Assembly (NCBI GenBank): GCA_002269645.1
Contig: NIVC01000616.1
Span: forward strand, 1-64,000
DNA from: Macrostomum lignano
Taxonomy: Eukaryota
Reading direction: 5' to 3'
DNA: 64,000 nucleotides
Made by a program: the position numbers and the translations under genes. This document shows, piece after piece, positions 59,953-64,000 of the stretch (positions are counted from its first letter, which is position 1; the number at the start of each line of letters is the position of its first letter). Under the pieces are notes generated by a model. The model worked only from the letters and a program-made list of their open reading frames with translations, made no database searches and was not told the origin of the DNA.

Positions 59953-62900
59953 GCAATTCGTCAGCCTCCGAACAAGCCGTCATCTCATCTCATCATCATC
60001 AAACGCCCGGTACCGCATCTCATCAGCCTCCAGTGTCCGGTACTGCGCCTCATCAGAATCCAGTGTCCGGTACTGCGTCTCATCAGCCTCCAGTGTCCGG
60101 TACAGTACCTCATCAGCATCCAGTGTCCGGTACTGCGGCTCATCAGCATCCAGTGTCCGGTACTGCGCCTCATCAGCATCCAGTGTCCGGTACAGCGTCT
60201 CATCAGCCTCCAGTGTCCGGTACTGCGTCTCATCAGCATCCAGTGTTCGGTACAGTACCTCATCAGCATCCAGTGTCCGGTACTGCGTCTCATCAGCCTC
60301 CAGTGTCCGGTACAGTATCTCATCAGCATCCAGTGTCCGGTACTGCGTCTCATCAGCATCCAGTGTCCGGTACTGCGCCTCATCAGCATCCAGTGTCCGG
60401 TACTGCGTCTCATCAGCCTCTAGTGTCCGGTACTGCGTCTCATCAGCCTCCAGTGTCCGGTACTGCGTCTCATCAGCATCCAGTGTCCGGTACAGTGCCT
60501 CATCAGCCTCCAGCGTCCGGTACTGCACCTCACCATCAACTAGCCGGTTTTGCACAGTCGCAGCGCCCAATCACCGTCAACGCACCTCAGTCAATTCAAA
60601 TCAATCCTGCGTCGATATATGTTACGGCCTCAATCGCAGGGCGGAGGGTGAACGCGCTAGTGGACTCGGGAGCTTCCTGCACCATTATCTCACGGGAAGC
60701 TTACCAAAGTATGCCGAAACAGAGCGTCAGAGATTTGGCCGGTGCTGAAGGCTACGTTAGCTTAGCAAACGGCAGCCCGATCGAAATCGAGAGAACAGTC
60801 CTGTTGCGACTGTCAATCGCTGATAAAGTAATAGATACTCGAGCCTTGGTAGTCAGCGGAGTGAAGTACCAACTGGTATTGGGATCCGACTTCTGCAGGG
60901 ACAACAGTTGCGTCATCGACTACAAGACAGCTGTCTTTTCAGTGCAGGACACTGCAATCCCGTTCCGATGGCAAGCTGAGCGCCCGATCGTTTGCAGAAT
61001 TTTGGCGACAAGGTCCAGCACAATACCGCCAGGTCATCAAGCAGTTCTGTCAGCAAGGCTGGAGAGCAAAGGACGACGGAACAGAGGGTGTGTCGGCCTA
61101 ACTGAGAATCTTGGGGCGAACGATTTGGCAGCTGGCCGCTGGCTTGCTAAGGCCTTAGTGATCCCAAATAGCGGCAGCCGTCTGCCGACTCGACTCATCA
61201 ATATCACGGAGGAGCCAGTCAGAATTCGCCAAGGTTGTACGCTCGGGTGGTTCTGCCCCCTAGAATCCACCGAACCGTTGAACACCATCAAGCTCTTAGC
61301 CGTAGAGTCAGGAGACGATCCACAGGAAGAGCCGAAGGTCCAAGGCAGCAACAGCCCTTCGGAAGCAGACTTGCTACCAAACTCGTACGGCGACTGTGGA
61401 CTGTCGACGAAAGAAGACGAAGAATTTAGAATCCTTGTCCGGAGTTACAGCGATGTGTTCACGACCAAGCAGACTTCAAGCAAGTTAACTACCGTGGTGG
61501 AGCATGAAATTAACACCGAGAATGCGCGCCCAATCAAGATCCCACCGCGTCGTCTGCCTCCCCACTTACAGCCAGAAGTAGATCGTCAAGTCAACGAGTT
61601 GCTGGAAAAGGGGCAGATCGAAGAAGCACAGTCACCATGGTGCTTTCCTTTGGTGTGTGTAAAGAAGAAATCAGGGGAAATGAGGATGTGCGTCGATTAT
61701 CGGAAGTTGAATGAGGTCACCGTCAAGGATGCAGTGCCGATGCCGAGGGTCGATGATGCGCTGGAGGCAGTACACGGCGCCAAGATCTTCTCGACAATGG
61801 ACCTTCACAGCGGGTTTTGGCAAGTAGGGGTGAGACCTCAGGATCAGGACAAGACGGCGTTTGCAGTGCCGCATCGCGGACAATTTCGATGGAAGGTTAT
61901 GCCGTTCGGCTTAGTGAACAGCCCAGCAACATTCACCAGGTTGATGGCAGCCGTTCTGGACAAGCAGATGTGGAAAACCTGTCTCGTCTACATCGACGAT
62001 CTACTGGTTTGGTCAACCGACGTGGATGAACACCTGAGAAGACTGGAGGAAATATTCAGCAAGTTGCGGCAAGCAAATTTGTGCCTGAAGCCCCAGAAGT
62101 GTCACTTTTTGCAAAAGCAAGTGAAATTTCTCGGTCACACGCTGTCGGCTGCTGGCATCAGTACCGATGAGGAGAAAGTTCAAGAAGTGAAGAACTGGCC
62201 AACACCGCGATCCTCGACGGAGCTGCATTCATTCTTGGGCCTGTGTGGCTATTACAGAAAGTTTATTAAAGATTTCGCCGCAATAGCAGCGCCTCTAACT
62301 CGATTGACAACAAAAGACGCAAAGTTTGAATGGAAAACGGAACAGCAGCTGGCGTTCGAAACATTGAAGGAACGAATGACAAGTTCAGAGGTTATGGCTC
62401 ATCCGGATTTCTCCCCGGATGCCGGAGAGTTTATCCTCGATACTGATGGCAGTTCGAAGATGGGCATAGGAGCGGTACTTTCTCAAGTCCAGCCAGATGG
62501 AGCAGAACGAGTGATCGCCTATGGGTCCAAGACACTAAATCAAGCCGAACGCAACTATTGTACGACTCGTTTAGAACTACTAGCGGTTGTGACTTTCATC
62601 ATGAAGTTCAGATACTATCTGCTTGGAAAAGCGTTCTGTCTGCGAACGGACCACAGCAGCCTGCAATGGTTAAAAAACTTCAGTGACGCCGAGGGACAGG
62701 TTGCTCGCTGGTTGGAGAAGTTGGCTCCATTTCAGTACCGCATCGTTCACAGACCAGGTCGATCGCATGGCAACGCGGACGCAATGTCGAGGAAGCCAGT
62801 ACGGAGACATTTCGGAGCGGAGACATGCCCGGCATGTGCGCAGCATCCAGAAGGACTAAATGCAGTCGAATTTGAACGATTCTCAGCCGGCAATCTGGCA

Positions 62901-64000
62901 AGCGAGCAGGATCAAGACGACGATTTGAGAACAGTAAAGGAAGCGCTTGGCTCAAACCCAGTTCCAGATAAAAGCGAGACAGCTTGGAGTCCACTGGCTA
63001 GAGCCGTCTGGACTCGAAAAGACGACCTGGTGCTGCAAGAGAACGTGCTCCTTGTGAGAAACAAAGACAGGCGCGATGAGTATCAAATGGTGCTGCCACG
63101 AAAGGCATTGGATCGTATCTTGAAAACCCTACACGAGGGAGTGGGAGGTGGCCACATGGGCTTTGCGAAGACAAAATTTAAAGTGCTTCAGCGCTACTGG
63201 CGTCCAGGATTGTCTCGTGCCATTGAAGAATATATTCGCGGTTGTGCCACCTGCTGCAAGTCAAAGCCGGGCAAGCGAAACCGAGCACCCCTGCAACCGT
63301 TGACATTCGCAGCACCATTCGATTGCGTCATGATGGACATTGTCGGGCCGCTACCGCGGAGTAAGGCTGGAAACATTTATCTCCTGACAGTCCAAGATTC
63401 GTTTACGAAGTGGCCTGACGCGTACCCGCTTCGCAACCAGAAGGCAAGGACGGTGGCAAGGGCGCTTTTCAATCGATGGATTAGCCAGCATGGGTGTCCG
63501 AGTACTTTGCACAGCGACCAAGGAAGAAACTTCGAATCGCAAGTGATGCGCGAAATGTGCAGGATACTCGAGATCCGCAAGTCCAGAACAACAGCTTATC
63601 ATCCGAGCGGAAATGGACAAGTAGAAAACTTCAATAAAAGTTTAAAATCCATCCTCAAGTGCTGCCTAGAGGACTCAGGACGAAACGACTGGGAAGAATT
63701 CGTCAGCTCTGCGTTAATGGCGTACCGATCAAGCGTGCATCGAGCAACGGGTTATACTCCCCACTACATGGTCTATGGCACGGAGATGCGCCTACCGATA
63801 GACTTGACTGACCAGCCGCCACAGCCTGTCGATTCGCATGTAAATTTCGTCAAGGAGCTAGAAGACAAATTGCAGACAGCTCATCGCGCTGCTCGACAGC
63901 AGTTGAATACTTATCAGCGGCGACAGAAGGACCAGTACGATAAAAGAACCCGAGGATCCGATATTCAGGAGGGTGACCATGTCTTCGTCTACAGCCCCGC
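59907..64000 (+). CDS. pol: Ty3/Gypsy Pol (PR-RT-RNase H-IN) in the -1 frame, open to the window end
   Basis: ALVDSGAS; MCVDYRKLN..MDLHSGFWQ..MPFGL..YIDDLL; LDTDGS..YCTTRLELLAV..RTDHSSL..NADAMSR; H..GGH..CATC; MDIVGPL..HSDQGRNFES..YHPSGNGQVE; no stop found on manual translation. Confidence 0.95.
60001..60540 (+). repeat. 30-bp coding minisatellite, ~18 units, between gag and protease
   Basis: cagtgtccggtactgcgtctcatcagcatc units; reads (VSGTASHQHP)n in the pol frame. Confidence 0.97.

Noticed and set aside
59980-60570. 196-aa antisense ORF (YRTLEADETQ)n as a real gene
   Set aside because: An open frame is expected for a stop-free 30-bp unit; no promoter or ATG support

Overview
Eukaryotic, transposon-saturated window (invertebrate-animal-like: GT-AG introns, TTAGGG-like repeats) with no clear intact host gene. 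Left half (1-31.2 kb) is a Helitron cluster. It includes an apparently complete ~16-kb minus-strand Helitron (10632-26605; 5' A|TC, 3' hairpin+CTAG) with an intact 9-exon STPR-OTU-ZnF-Rep(HUH)-PIF1-helicase gene (1740 aa by my splice model) and a separate intact 3-exon RPA70-like OB-fold gene. This element is joined head-to-tail (CTAG|TC) to a degenerate, 3'-truncated sister Helitron (4306-10631). Two further decayed RPA-like genes, reiterated Helitron 5' ends, satellites, a Merlin-like MITE and a 317-bp-arm foldback are also present. Middle (33-37.4 kb): two RNase H/CCHC-type LINEs whose stop codons run directly into (AG)n tails, one nested at the other's tail with a TSD. 38-50.5 kb: an RT-less LTR-type composite comprising a 2.2-kb LTR+PPT, an orphan 449-aa ORF with its own TATA, a stand-alone GIN/Ginger-like integrase flanked by hairpins, an array of PBS-like motifs, and a gag-protease unit with a -1 frameshift signal, PBS and a different LTR. 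53-58 kb: relics of a protein-primed-type PolB ORF and a dUTPase, split by an LTR+PBS. Right end: an intact Ty3/Gypsy element (LTR, tRNA-Lys PBS, gag, open pol running off the window) whose pol frame reads through ~18 copies of a 30-bp minisatellite. All homology calls are from motif recognition by eye; no searches were run.
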